Shown: positions 1 to 18,267 of the stretch, in pieces
Position numbering within the stretch: the stretch's first letter is position 1
Layout of the letters: the number at the start of each line of letters is the position of its first letter
Assembly: GCF_037042905.1 (NCBI RefSeq)
Contig: NC_087261.1
Location: 7,254,001-7,318,000, forward strand
Source of the DNA: Lytechinus pictus
Lineage: Eukaryota
Length of the DNA: 64,000 nucleotides
Direction: 5' to 3'
The notes under the pieces: model-generated
The model's input: the letters and a program-made list of their open reading frames with translations, nothing else
Database searches by the model: none
What the model was told of the DNA's origin: nothing
Program-made: the position numbers and the translations under genes

Positions 1-483
1 TGGCGCTAACTACATGTCCATTCCAGAATAGCTCTGGTCCATTCTTATCATCATCAATATAATGATGAAATATGAAACATTACACGCATAATTGCTGGGT
101 GTTTCCATAAGAAACTGTATATTGCAGTGTCGTACAGATTGGGGTTAGGGGGGGGGGTGGGGGCTCTTCCCCCTAAAAAATTACGACCAAGAAAAAATGA
201 GACAAGGAGAGAAAAGGACAGAGAGAAGGGTGAAGTATGATACTATTTTCTGAATATCATGTACAAATCTATCACAAAATTGGGTTTTTGGAAAATAAGT
301 TGTCAAAATTTTGCTCGCTCGCATCTTTTTATAAATTCTACGCCATACGCCATATCTTGCTCCCTCAACATTTTGGTACATTGCGCAACTAGTAGGCCAA
401 TATTGTTGTTTAATTTATAATTTTGAATATTCTCCTGTTAATAATCATGATAATAATTACAATTTGACACCCGATTCATCCAG

Positions 484-3400
484 ATGATGCCGTAGGGGCA
501 ATTGTGACCACAACCAGTGGAAGAACTATGGCGTGTGTTGGACGAGAGGTGGGCTACATCAACTGGGATGCCGGAAAATTCGAAACATTTTGTGAAATAG
601 ATCTAAAAAAGGGAACCAGATTCAATGACTGCAAGTGCGATCCAGCAGGAAGATTCTATTTAGGTAATTTGATAAAGTATTGATCTATCCATTTCTTCAA
701 CTAAACTTGGTACAGCCAGAAGAATTAGGAAAATATTATCGGACATTAAAGGTGCACCTTATAGCGCTTAGTGCTTGTTGTTAAAGCAAAGACTTCCGAG
801 GAAAAGTACGGACTATTTTACAGAATCATATTATAACGATGAGAATGGGCTTAATCTATATTAAACAACAGTTAGTAATATTGTTATTTCTAATAGAAAT
901 TGTTGGAGTTAAACGGCGTTCCAGGCGCGTATCCATGAGTTTGCACCCCGTAGTGCCGGACCTAATTTTGGTACCCCTGTGAACTTTTCGGAAAATGGCG
1001 CCCCCACCCACCAGGCAATCATAGATACCTTAAACTGTTGAATGCAATTTGAATTATGTTATTTCATAATCACGAGAAAAGAAGGCAATCGATGACCACT
1101 TTTTTCCAAACGTGTTAATTAAAATAAAATATCCATGAATATGTTGTAATACCACTTTCTGAAAAGAATAAATGCGACCAAAACCATAGAATTTAAGGAC
1201 TTTTGGGTTTCTATTTAGTTTAGCTTTTCATAAGAGTCGTCAGGTGGCGGGCCCTTCTAAAATTGTATGTGCGGGAGCTGTAATTTCTTTACCAGGGGCG
1301 GATCCAGTTTTCGCCAACGGGGGGGGGGGGGGGGGTATTTTCATCTATAATATGTGTCCCGATTGGACATTCTAAGCAACTTTGCAACCGTGAACATGAT
1401 TAGTATATTGACGCTATAGCTGAACATTTTTGCTATTCTGACCTCAAATTTGGAAAATCTATAAGCACTTTTAGTAATCAAGAATAGGATTATCTCAACA
1501 TTTTGTGCGAGCGCAAAGCGCGAGCTGACAGTTTGTTAATTTCCGACCCGAAACTGGACTTCTAAGCACTTTTTGTAACCATGAACACGATGGGTATATA
1601 TCTAAATAATTGATGCAAGCGCGAAGCGCGAGCTGAAATTTTAAATATTCTAACCTAAAATTTGGACATTATAAGCACTATTGGTAATCATGAACAGGAT
1701 GGGTATCTAACAAATCATTTTATGCGAGCGCGATGGCGAGCTTAAAATTTGTTGATTTTCCGATCCAAGGTTGGGCATTCCAAGCATTTAATCTAACCAT
1801 GAACAGGATCGTCACTTTATTTATCTCAACATTTTATGCGAGCGCAAAGCGCGAGCTGACAATTATTGAATTTCCGACCCAAAAGTGGACATTCTCAGCA
1901 CTTTTTGTAACCATGAACAGGATGGGTAGCTATTTAAACAATTGCGCGAGCGCGAGCTGAAAAAATGATATTCTGACCTAACATTTGGATATTCTAAGCA
2001 CTCTTGGTAATCATGAACAGGATGGTCATCTCATTTAGCAATTGATGCGAGCGCGAAGCGCGAGCTGAACATTTTTATATTCTGCCTTAAAATTTCGACA
2101 TCATAAGCACTTTCTGTAATTATGAGCATCTAATTAAGTGCGATATTCTTACCCAAAACTTCTCATTCAAAGCACATTTTGTGACCATGAACAGGATGAG
2201 TATCTATTTAAACAATTGATGCGAGCTCGAAGCGCGAGCTGAAAATTTTCTATATTCTGATTTCAAATTTGGACATTTGAGTAAGTATTTTTGGTAGTCA
2301 TGAACAGGACGAGTGTCTAACAAAACATTTTATGCTAGCGCGAAGCGCGAGCTGAAAATTTATGATCTTCCGACCCAAAGTTGGACATTGTACATGTTGT
2401 ACGCACTTTATCCAACCATGAACAGGATTGTCACCTTCCTAAACAATTGATCCGAGCGCGAAGAGCGAGATGATTTTTTTTATATTCTGACCTAAAATTT
2501 TGACTTTCTAAAGACTTTTGGTAATCATGAACAGGATGGGCATCCAACTAAGCATTAATTTTGATGCGAGCAAACATGAGTTTGGCGTCCCCATGTGAAA
2601 CATGAATTTGGCGCCCCTATGTCGAGCATCAATTCCGCGCCCCTCGGTCGGACTTCAATTCGGCGCCCCCTAGGTTGAACATCAATCCGACGCACCCCTA
2701 GGTTTAACATCAATTCGTCGGCCCTATGTCGAACTTCAATTCGGCACCCCCTAGGTCGAACATAAATTCGGCGCCACTTAGTAAAACATAATTTCGGCGC
2801 CCTTCCCTAGGTAAGACATCGATTCGGCCCGCCTATGTCGAACATCAATTGGGCGCCCCTAGGTACACTAAAAATTGGGCGCCCCTAGGTACACTAAAAA
2901 TTCGGCGCCCCCTAGGTTGAACATAACTTCGGCGCCCCTAGGTCGAGCATCAATTCGGCGCCCCTAAGTAAAACATAAATTCGGCGCCCCTTCCCTCTTA
3001 ATTTTTCCTTTTCCCTTTCTTTCCCTTTTTTTCTTTTCTTCTTTCCCTCCCTTTTTTTCCCTTCCCCTCTCTTTTCTTTCTCTTTTTTGGCGCCCCCTTT
3101 TTCGCCTACCCGGGAGGCCAGGGCCCCGAAAGCCACCCCCCGAATTCGCGCAATCATTCTACAAGAAAATGATTTCATGATAGTGGCATAAGGTTATGGG
3201 CTTACTTGCGCCGACGATATTAGTAGTATAGGAGCCTGTTAGGAGTGGTCATGGTGGTGGTGATGGTGGATTTTGGTTATATTTTGAACATAGAAGTAGC
3301 ATGAATTTGAATAGTGGTGACACATAATAGAGGCATTGATCATTGAGACAATAACGATTATTTATATCCATTTCCCTTCATTTGAATTTTGATCCGTTCT

Positions 3401-6400
3401 CCCTCTTTTTCGCCTGCTTTTCCTTTACTTAAAGGAACGATGGCTGTCCAAGATCCGTCGACAAGCTCGGAAGAAACCAAAAAAGGACAGGGCTCCCTCT
3501 TTTGTTTGAGTCCCGACAAAACAGTCCGAGAGTTTGTGCAGAATGTACGCAGGTTTTCTTTTGTTTTGTTTGGAGGGGGGGGGGGGGGTAATCGTACAGT
3601 TAATTTGACGATCCTTTTATGGTTTTTGTTAATTGCAATTGTGCAAAATTTGAGAAAAAATGTGTAATATTTCGACTCCAATGGTTCAGATACCACAGCG
3701 TGTTCTGTATATTTACAGGCGATATATTTTTTGTTCAATTTTCTCGTGTTTTACTTTCCTTCGGTATTAAAAAAATATTGTCATGCTTTTACTTGAGAAA
3801 ACAAGGGGATGGCACTTCAAAAATGTCAGAATCCCTATTAATACTATACCAGGGTAAGAAGGATGAATTAGGGAGAAAGGTCATTATAATTGCATTGCCT
3901 GATAGAAATGATTCAAAGCTTACCTACCATTTGTAACATTTTTCTACTCATCCATAAATTACAGGTTGACATTTCAAATGGCATGGCGTGGACAAATGAC
4001 CACAAAACTATGTATTACATCGATTCGCTGACGTACGGCGTGGATGCTTTTGATTATAACATCGAAACCGGTGAAATTGGTAGGAATTATCCCATATTCT
4101 CTTACAAACCAAAACGAAATCTTTAATGATAATTATAGTCAAACGTTTGTCTGGATCTAGATCTGGATCTGGGTTCCGTATCACAAAGCTTAGCAATGAT
4201 CTTAGAACAATTTTCTACGATTGATTCCATTGACTACAATGTACAATCAATCGTGAAAATCAAGCGTACGATCAATCGCTAACCTTTGTGTTACGGGACC
4301 CTGGATGTATACGATGGCACAGCGCCTCACTGGGCATGAACGCATCGTTTTATTAAAAGGTCAAGTCCACCCCAGAAAACAGTTGATTTAAATAAATAGA
4401 GAAAAACAAACATGAATAACGCTAAAAACTTCATCGAAATCGGATGTAAAATAAGAAAATAATGACATTTTTAAGTTTCGCTTATTTTTCACAAAACAAT
4501 TCTATGCTCAACTCAGTAATATTCAAATGAGAGAGTCGATGATGTCACTCACTCACTATTTCTTTTGTTTTCTTTATTGTTTGAATTATACAATATTTCA
4601 ATTTTTACGAATTTGACAATTAGGACTTCCTTGCCTAAACCACAAAATGTTAAAATAATGTAAATCCACGTGTTCAGGGAAGTATGAAACTTCGTTTCAC
4701 ATGATAATGACGAGAAAATAAAAATATTTCATATTTCATGTAATAAAATACAAAAGAAATAGTTAGTGGGTGATGTCATCGGTTCCCCCATTTGCATATC
4801 GTACAGGATGTGCATATAACTCTTTTTTTTTAACTAAGCGAAACTTTAAAATATTTAACTTTCTCATTTTACATCCGATTTTGATGAAACTTTCCGTGTC
4901 ATGCTTGTTTGTATTTTCTCTTTCTATTCAAATCAGCTTTTTGTTGGGGTGGACTTGTCCTTCAAACACATTAGGTCGCTTGCCTTTGTACACTTTAACC
5001 CTAAAATGGCCGGGGGGGGGGGGTTGAATCACCCCCCCTCAACATTTTCTGCGATCATTCCGCTGCGCCACTCGCAGAGTTTATACTTTTAAGTCTCGCG
5101 CATCTTTTGAGACCAAATTTACGACGCCCGGGTACGCGGTTCCGAAATTATGCAACATTTTGTAAGTGCATGTCAGACCAAAAATTGTTCCAAAACGTGA
5201 TTTTGTGTACAAAGTCAATGCAAATTGAGTTTTCTCATCTTATTCATAAAGATATGATTATTTTTACTTTAAACAGCTGAAAGCAATTGATTTTAGCATA
5301 ATAATGCTTAAAAAAGATTGTGCAATAAATCTGGTGAAAAAAACAAAGAAAAACAAAAGGTTGGAAAACAGAGAAATACATAAGAAATTCATAAAACAAT
5401 AAAATACATAAGAAATTTATTTCCAAACCGAAGTTTTTTTCAATTGCCATTGTTAAGAATGCTACAAAGAATATTTTTACCAAAAATTAGCATTCTAGGA
5501 GCTTTATTTAGTGAATTAGAGCAAAAAGTATGATTTATGCATAAATTACATGTAGCATAATTAATTCATATAAAATAAAATCTCATTATTTTGGAAAATT
5601 TTACATTACATCGCACACTAGCGTGCAAATTTTTGCAGCGCTCGCGCGATCGGCGGCCGAGATCTCAGGGGGGGGGGGGGGGGGGGGTTGAATCAACCCC
5701 CCCCCCCCCCGGCCACAGAACAGCCAAAAAAGCCCGGCCTAGTTAGGGTTAAGAAAAGAAGGGAAATGAACAAGAACGATGCCCTGGGTTATGAATTTCC
5801 TTTAATTATAGATAAGTGACTTCAAAGAGGATACAAAGTTTCCACAGGATATTTTGTTTAGGTTGCTACTGAAAGCTTTTAATAGATGTCCACCCCTATT
5901 TCGACTCAGGAGAAATATCATTATTGAACTTTTTGGTTGGTCGGCAAGAAAAAAAAATTATGAAGGGGTCAAAAATAGTGAAATTATCACGTTACGAAAA
6001 TTATGTTCAAAAGGGTTGGGGTCTTGTTTTGCTCATTCGCTTTGATTCGCTCGCTCACGACTTTTCTGGGAATTGCACCTCTTCGAAACTTTTGCCTCAT
6101 TCGTTTGTTATTATAATAACAAAGTATAGTACTTTATCTTAATATTTTTAAGTAGGTCCCAATTAAGGAAAACACGCATATACCATCAACCAGAGAAGGT
6201 TCACAAAGAGATCATAAACAACAGTTCTATTGATAAATGCCCCTGAACATTCGAAATTTAGTTCAGTTTATTTCCATCATTCACATAATATACAACCATT
6301 TTACATTGGTTGACATGGGTATAACATATCATGAAATGGAATAAATGGTTCTTGAGACAAATAGGAGTTTATTCACAATGAGAATTAAAACCAGTGAAGA

Positions 6401-7872
6401 ATGGGGGGGGGGGGGGGGCTAAGTTGAAAGCATAACTTGTGAGTTATAGTCATCTGCAGAGCTCTTCCGAATTGATCCTATTCTTCTTTATCTTCTTCAA
6501 ATTCCTTATGAAACCTCACAGCAAACAGACGACAGGCAATCAGCGTTCCAAAGTCAGACGGTGTACCGGATGGTATGTGTATTGACGATGAGGGTATGCT
6601 ATGGGTCGCCTTGTTTGATGGATGGGCTGTTAACAGATATAACCCCAAAACAGGTTAGTAGATTAATAAGAATGAGCTTCTTAAAAGTATTTATTTATTT
6701 ATTTATTTATTTGTTATGCAACCCATGGCCCCCATTCCTTCGGCAAGAAATTGATCTACATTGTGCTGCACTCAACGGAAGTGAGGTGAATGGGTACCCT
6801 GCAGGATTAATTCCTTGAATGCACCAAGCGCCATTAGCAGCTAGAGCGAAGAGCTAGAGTAATATATAGTGCACCATTGAATAGGCAACTAGATAATGTT
6901 ATTAACATATATAATGCTATATCATTATCATTATTATTGTTTTAGTATTATTATCATTTAATTATTATTTCATTATTGATTTAATCAAGGTGGCATTTTC
7001 AGTTATGTAAACTGATTTCCTCAAGGGTCTAGAGATTGAAAAAGATCAATGTATTCAATAATACGAACAATGCATCAAATTACTCACGGGCAGAGCCTAT
7101 GCAAAACAAATAATTCTTTTTATTTAAAATCTGATGTGCGTTTTTAATGTATCTGTAGTTTATTTATTTTTGTTGTGTACATAATTTGGGAGGATCATTT
7201 CCAACAAGCGATTTATGTGCTTTTTATGATACTACCACCAAAGATATTTGTATTACCTAGTATGTTTTTATATTATGTATGAATTTTAAAAAATCTTTAA
7301 GTGGAAATAAATGAATTGAATTATTAAACTATTTTTGGATCTGTTATAACACTCATATACAAAGGGATTACTGACTTGTTTGCTTATTGTGAATTTGTTT
7401 GCCTACTGTGAAGTGGTTTCCTTTTTTATTTTATTTTTGCTTGTCAATAGAAGTTCCCAATCGAACTCGTTAAAAGAATTAAACATTTGATTTGCCCTGA
7501 TTCTATTACCCCTCTTCACCATCTGGATTCTATTTGAATGATTCCCGCTTAACATGCTTAAAAACTCGTTGATCAATTTTTGCTGATACGTGTCATTGAT
7601 ATAAATTCGTACTAGAATTTACCAATTTGAAATTCCCACAATTGTTTTTATCTTCCTTTCCAGGCGAAAAACTTCGGTCCATCAAATTTCCAACCAAGAA
7701 CATCACAAGCTGTTGCTGGGGCGGGGCCAATCGCGATGAACTTTACGTGACGTGTGCAAAACACTTTCTCAAACCGGATGAACTCAAGGAACAAGATACT
7801 GCTGGTTCCATCTTCCGGGTTACTGACCTAGGGGTCAAAGGGGTCAAGTGTGACGTATTCAAAGACAATTAG
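484..7872 (+). CDS. RGN: Regucalcin/SMP-30/gluconolactonase paralogue 1, 5'-partial; coding exons 484-663, 3435-3544, 3965-4079, 6522-6653, 7664-7872
   Basis: All introns are GT-AG with matching phases (1,0,1,1). The spliced protein has RFNDCKCDPAGRF, GTM, ISNGMAW, PDGMCIDDEGMLW and TSCCWGG..LYVTCA, typical of SMP-30 beta-propellers. The exon with EGPHW is not in the window. Confidence 0.93.
1293..3155 (+). mobile_element. Composite non-autonomous TIR element: CAGGGGCGGATCCAG end, ~110-115-bp tandem array (1370-2570), ~30-bp minisatellite (2580-2995), CT tract
   Basis: Repeated gcgagcgcgaagcgcgagctga..catgaacaggat units and aacatcaattcggcgcccctagg units. The right end is degenerate. Confidence 0.7.
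4172..4300. mobile_element. Harbinger-like MITE with CTG TSD
   Basis: CTG|GGTTCCGTATCACAAAG...CTTTGTGTTACGGGACC|CTG. Confidence 0.7.
4358..4961. mobile_element. Kolobok-like MITE, family 1
   Basis: TTAA..AGGTCAAGTCCACCCC...GGGGTGGACTTGTCCT, largely palindromic. Confidence 0.8.
4999..5748. mobile_element. piggyBac-like MITE
   Basis: TTAA|CCCTAA..GGCCGGG...CCCGGCC..TTAGGG|TTAA, with internal repeats gggggttgaatca(a)ccccc. Confidence 0.85.
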
Positions 7873-8384
7873 TGGTGATGTTTTATTCCAAAAAAGTGGG
7901 AACCAATTATTTTTCTATTTCTCGTCTTGTAAACATATCATTGATTTAACTTTGAGTCTTGCCCGTTATTCTAATATAATGCCATTTTTGTAAAGATACA
8001 TGCACCATTCTATGCGGAAGAAATATCGGAGCGTTGCTAATTCGTGACGGTTGATATAATAAATTTGAATTGTTTGGTGAAAAAGACACCATAATTCTTG
8101 ATTGGAACGTAAAATAATGTCTCGCTTAAATATTTTGTATTCAGTTTAAACAACATGTGCCACTTTTTTTTATCATTGATGTCAATTATCATAGTTACCA
8201 TTACTTGCCATAGCAATGTTCAATAAGAAATCATTACTCCGTGATTATGATTTATATTTATAATGACAATGTCCATGAACAGCGTAACGTGTGCTGCTCA
8301 TTTTATAATATTTTTCATTTCGTCTATTTTTTTTCGATTTTTTTTTCAGCTGGAATCTATGACAATCTTGTTTGCCCTGCATTT

Positions 8385-8694
8385 AATAATAACGATAATA
8401 ATATTTTACAGTTATTGTATAGCGCATATCACATGAATGATGTCTCTATGCGCTTCCAAAGGACTTGGATATTATTACACCAGCTGTAGCTTGGCAGCCG
8501 TAATTAGTAAGATTACAGCGCACACGCATTTCAAGGAATAAATTCGTGCCAGGTACCCGTTCACCTCAACTGGGTTGAGTGCAGCACAATGTGGACAAAT
8601 TTCTTGCCGAAGGAAATTACGCCATGGCTGGGATTCGAACCCACGACCCTCTGTTTCAAAGTCCGGAGATTAATCCACTGGGCCACAACGCTCC
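8385..8694 (-). mobile_element. tRNA-derived SINE (fragment of the same family on + at ~6721-6915)
   Basis: Pol III A box (TGGCCCAGTGG) and B box (GGTTCGAATCC) on the minus strand, with a (TTA)n tail. Confidence 0.78.
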
Positions 8695-9084
8695 ATGTTC
8701 TTCCAGCCGGCAGGGGCGTCCCATAATGTTTGAGAGACAGGCCAAAGATGCCTTAAAGTGACGTCATATTTTTTTTTCTAATTATAGAGGTATCATAGAG
8801 TCACACATCCTAGAACTCTTATACATTTTGAATTCTTTCTTCCCTTTTTGCCCTCTTCCCCCCTCCTTTCATGCTTTTTTTTCACTACGTGAAATATCAT
8901 CGTGATTATAGGGGGAGGTGGTCGCCCACGGCACCCCTCCCCCTGGTACCGACTACATGTCTTTTGATATTATGAGTTAAACATTCTGTTGCCACTTATG
9001 TTCTGTTTCTAAGATAAAATCGTATTAAAAACAAATACGCACGCAACATTGTTTTATGACTTATTGACGTGGATAGTATAACAG

Positions 9085-9960
9085 GGCCCCGTCTTACAAA
9101 GAGTCACGACTGATCCAATCAATCTCAACTCTATGGAAATCCATCCATACCATACTTTTTTCCTGCAGGAAATTTGCACAATGTCGTCTCTAAACTTAAA
9201 GGACAAGTCCACCCCAACAAAAAGTTGATTTGAAAAAAAGGGAAAAAATCCAACAAGCAAAACACTGAAAATTTCATCAAAATTGGATGTAAAATAAGAA
9301 AGTTATGACATTTCAAAGTTTCGCTTAATTTCACAAAACAGTTGTATGCACATCCTGGTCGGTATGCAAATTGGCAGACTGATGACGTCACCCACTCACT
9401 ATTTCTTTTGTATTTTATTATATGAAATATGAAATATTCTTATTTTCTCCTCCTTGTCAAGTGAAACAAAGTTTTATTTCTCCCTGAACATGTAGAATTA
9501 CCATTATTTTAACAGTGTATGGTTAAGTTAAGTTGGTCCTTTCTTGTCAAATCTGTAAAAATTGAAATATTGTATAATTCAAACAATAAAAAACAAAAGA
9601 AATAGTGAGTGATGGACATCATTGACTCTCTCATTTGCATATTGCTGAGTTGTGCATTTAACTGTTTAGTGAAATATAAGCGAAACTTAAAAATGTCATA
9701 ACTTTCTTATTTTACATCCGATTTCGATGAAATTTGCAGCATATGTTTGTTTGATTTTTCTCTATCGACTCAAATCAACAATTTTCTGGGGTGGACTTGA
9801 CCTTTAAAGAACATTTAATTCTCAAAGAAATGATGAATGTATGGACATACTTCATATCTAGGAATTATTTTGAACAAATTTGCATTTTAGATGTTGACGT
9901 TGCTGGCCGTCCATAGTTATGGTTGATCGGATCAATCGCAACTCTTTGTAAGACGGGGCC
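9085..9960. mobile_element. Harbinger-like MITE (CAG TSD) carrying a nested Kolobok-like MITE
   Basis: CAG|GGCCCCGTCTTACAAAGAGT...ACTCTTTGTAAGACGGGGCC|CAG. Confidence 0.82.
9200..9803. mobile_element. Kolobok-like MITE, family 1, with perfect TTAA TSD
   Basis: TTAA|AGGACAAGTCCACCCC...GGGGTGGACTTGACCT|TTAA. Confidence 0.85.
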
Positions 9961-10219
9961 CAGTAATCAAACGAGAAAGGAGGAAGACTGAGAGAATCAG
10001 AGAGAGCCAGATAGAGACAAAAAAGAAACTATGGAAGCTTAAAAATGGCCACCCAGACGATCAAAAAATGTCGTCTCGTCATGTCTACATCTCTTAGGGA
10101 AAAATATGAGATGATAAGGTCTTAGATCTCGTCATGTCTTTACATCTTGTGGGGAGAGATGATCAGATGACAATATCGTGGATCTCGTCATGTCTACATC
10201 CAGTGAAAGAGATGATCAG

Positions 10220-10381
10220 GGGAGCGTTTCATCAATATTTTCATCCAACAAGTTGTCAGATCTGACATCTTTCCATGATTTTGATTGGCTGAGAGGCACT
10301 GTCCCTATGGTAACTGTCGGATAAAATGGGACTTGTCGGATAAAACGTCCGACAAGTCCTTTCATGAAACGCCCCCCCCCC
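10220..10381. mobile_element. Short Harbinger-like MITE
   Basis: CAG|GGGAGCGTTTCATCAA...TTCATGAAACGCCCCC..CTG. Confidence 0.6.
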
Positions 10382-10499
10382 CTGGTGATAAGATCTTTGA
10401 TCTGCATGAGATCTCGTCATCTCATCATCTCTCCCACAAGATGTCCCTATTGACTGAGACTCATTTCCTCATGGTGGAGAGGATACCCACCTCAGTAAT

Positions 10500-12355
10500 C
10501 AAATATTTCGAGTGCGTAGCGCGAGCTGAGTTTTATATTCAGCCCTTTTTGTGACCCTGAACAAGATACCTATCTCACTTAACAGACTTCTAACACGCGC
10601 ACATTGTTTTTGTAAATTACCGTAAAACGGGATGTTTTAATTCAGCCGCATTTAAACTCTTTGGACAGGACACGTATCTCACTGTAAACAGACAACGAGC
10701 AATGTTGCGTCCCCGTTCGAACTTGAAATTGCATGGCACCCCCTTTGTTTAAGGTCAATTTGGGGCCCTCGGTTGAACATAAATTTGGCGCCCCCATGTG
10801 GAATATGACTTTGCCCCCCCCCCCCCCTCTTAATAACATGGATTTGTCGCCTCTGGTCAAACATCGAATTGGCGCTTTCCTAGTTCGAACATCAATTCGG
10901 CACTCCCCTATAGTTCGAACATCATTTCGGCGCCCCCTAGTTCGAACATCAATTTGGTGCCCCCTAATTCGAGCATCCAATCGGCGCCCCCTATACTTCG
11001 AACAACAATTTGGCGCCCCCTAGTTCAAACATCAATCTGGCGCCCCTATTTTGAACATCAATTTTCGCCCCTATTTTGAACATCAACTCGGCACTCCCCT
11101 AGTTCTAATATCATTTCGGCGCCCCCTAGTTCAAACATCCATTTGGCGCCCCTGGGTCGAACATCAATTCGGCGCCCGTCACTAGTTCAACATCAATTGG
11201 GTGCCCAGGCCCCACTAGTTTCATACATAAATTTGGCGCCCCCTATTTTGAACAACAATTCGTCGCCCCTCCCTAGTTCAACATCAATTCGGTGCCCCCT
11301 ACTACAAACATCAATTTGGCGTCCCCCTAGTTCGAACATCAATTCGGCGCCCTCTAGTTCAAACATCAATCTGGCGCCCCAATTTTGAACATCAATTTTG
11401 TGCCCCTGTTTTGAACATGAAATCGGCTCCCCTTCCTAGTTCAAACATCAATTTGGCGCCCCGGCGCCCCCTAGTTCGGACATCAATTCGGCGCCCCCTA
11501 GTTCGAGCATCGATTTGGTGCCCCCTAATTCGAGCATCAATTTGGCGCCCCTAGTTCAAACATCAATTTGGCGCCCCCTAGTTCGAACATCAGTTCGGCG
11601 CCCCTCCCTAGTTCAACATCAATTCGGCACCCCCTAGTTCGAACATCAATCTGGCGCCCCTTTTCCCACTCCTTTTTTTTTCTTTTTATTTTCCTCCCCC
11701 TTCCTTTTTCCTCTTCCCTCTTTTTCTTTCTCTCTTCCTTTCCCCTCTTCCTCTCTCTATTTTTCTTCTTTTCCCCTCTTCCCCCTCTCGCTCTTTTTCT
11801 TCTCTTCCTTGCCCCTCTTCCCCTCTCTTTTCTTCCCCCTTTCCTATCTTTTTTCTTCTCTTTCTTTTTACCTCTCTCTTTTTGCTTTTCTTCTTTTATC
11901 CCCTATTTTCTCTCTCCATTTCTCCCTCTCTCCCTCTTTTTTTTAAATTTTCTTCCTCCCCTCTTCCTCACTCTCTCTTTCTTCTCTTCCTTTCACCTTC
12001 ATCCTCTCCTTTTCTTCTCTTCTTTCCCCCATTTCCCTCTTTTTTTCTCTTCCTTTCTCCCTCTCTCTTTCTTCTTTTCTTCCCCCTCTTGCTCTCTCTT
12101 TTCTCCTTCTTCCTCTCTCTTTTTTGTCTTCTCTTCCTTCCCCGTCTTCCTATCTCTTTTTTTCATTTCTTCCTTTTCCTTCTTTCTCTCTCTCTTTTTT
12201 CTTATCTTCTTTCCTCCTTTTCCTTTCTTTTTTTTCTTCTCTTCTTTCCCCTTTCCCCCTTTCTTTTTTCTTCTCTTCGTTTTCACCTCTTCCTCCCTTT
12301 TTTTTTGAGCGGGGGGGGGGGGGGGAGGCCATCGACCCCCATGGATCCGCACCTG
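10500..12355 (+). mobile_element. Related composite element: ~28-30-bp minisatellite (10780-11660), CT tract (11660-12305), right end TGGATCCGCACCTG
   Basis: Same module order and motif (aacatcaattcggcgccccctagttcg) as 1293-3155. Confidence 0.7.
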
Positions 12356-13629
12356 GGGGCCAATCAAATGTATTGCTGTACACAATAATGCTTGACAAAA
12401 ATTATGTCCAAACACCCCTTAAAAGAGTTTTTCTCAGTGCGCAAAATAAGCACCTAAACAGGTTTTTCACAGGCTTCATTGACACAAGTTGTCGCCAGAA
12501 TATGACCCCTAAAGAAGTTTGGAAAATTTCACGACCGTTTCCCCGTTACCCAGGGTCGTTGCTTGCAATCGGGAAGAACCCGAACCCTTTTCAGAAACGA
12601 GGAGTAAAAAGCCCCGGAGAAAAAGCTTGGGGGAAAAAGTACCCTAAACAAGTTTGGCTAGTCTTAAAAAAAAAAGGTTTGGAAAAAACATGGATCCTAC
12701 TAGTAGGATCCATGGAAAAACATACTCTAAATATGTTTGACCCCGCGATTGATCATTGACCAGTCTTTGGAACCCAAAATTCTTGTGTAAACCTGTCAAC
12801 CTCGTACTTTGAAACCCAGTGTTGCTGTGTAAACCTTGTATTTACCTCAGTCAGATATTTAATCTGTACTCTGAATGAGTTGTACTCTCATGCATTAAAG
12901 TGGATCGATAGAGTCAAGAAAATCTAAATCTAAAATCTAACTCGCAAAGCGTAAATCAAGAGGGAAGTTTCCTTATCTGTTGATACCGGTCCTGGCTATT
13001 ATAGTCAACACTCCGTGTATCCTCTCTACGTCCCCGTGGGTTTGCTGTTTTTGATGCAACTGTCAGTGAGTATTTTCAGACATCGTTTTTTTTTAAGTCG
13101 GCATGCGATATTCAATTCCTAAGGTTCCTCTTTTATCATTTCATTTTCATTACTTTACATCTAACAGGCTCTACCTTTTTACACTGGCCAGCACTGCTAA
13201 CAAAGCGAACGAAGGGGTTGTTTGACTGAACGTAGGTTAATAATGTAATCGAAGTGAACAGTTCGTGAATATGACCATTTCATTTTATTTTTTGTAATAT
13301 CAACGATTAAAATAACGCTCTCTCTATGTAACAAGTGCTTGGCAACATTGCATAACAGTTGATATCATTGTAAATATGCCATCCAAAAGTAACAATGGTC
13401 AAGACCCCCCCCCCCAAAAAAAAAAAAGTCAAGGATTTTATTCAAGTTACCACTGGATGGCAACATGACGCGGCACCCTGGATTGTGAAAATAATCGAAC
13501 ATTTTTGGGGGTCTTAATTTCCGATTAAAAACAAAAAACAAAATCTTATTAGCAGAAATTTCCCCCATACGTCTTGTCGCAGATAACAGGACTTCCAATC
13601 ATCTGAAGATCAGATATTCTTGTGACGTC

Positions 13630-18267
<4,638 letters not shown>

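Noticed and set aside
3965-4079. Gene conversion between regucalcin exon 4 copies (~92% identical)
   Set aside because: About seven third-position differences remain, which fits purifying selection.
10780-11660. CRISPR-like ~29-bp repeats (also 2580-2995)
   Set aside because: The units are contiguous with no unique spacers, in a eukaryotic context with no cas genes. This is a minisatellite.
11568-12759. Long F/S/L-rich and K/R/E-rich ORFs (also 31947-32513, 2912-3178, 58291-58800)
   Set aside because: Artefacts of CT/GA low-complexity tracts that lack stop codons.
13000-13066. Possible non-coding first exon of regucalcin-2 (donor ca|gtgagt)
   Set aside because: Plausible but unsupported without transcript data.
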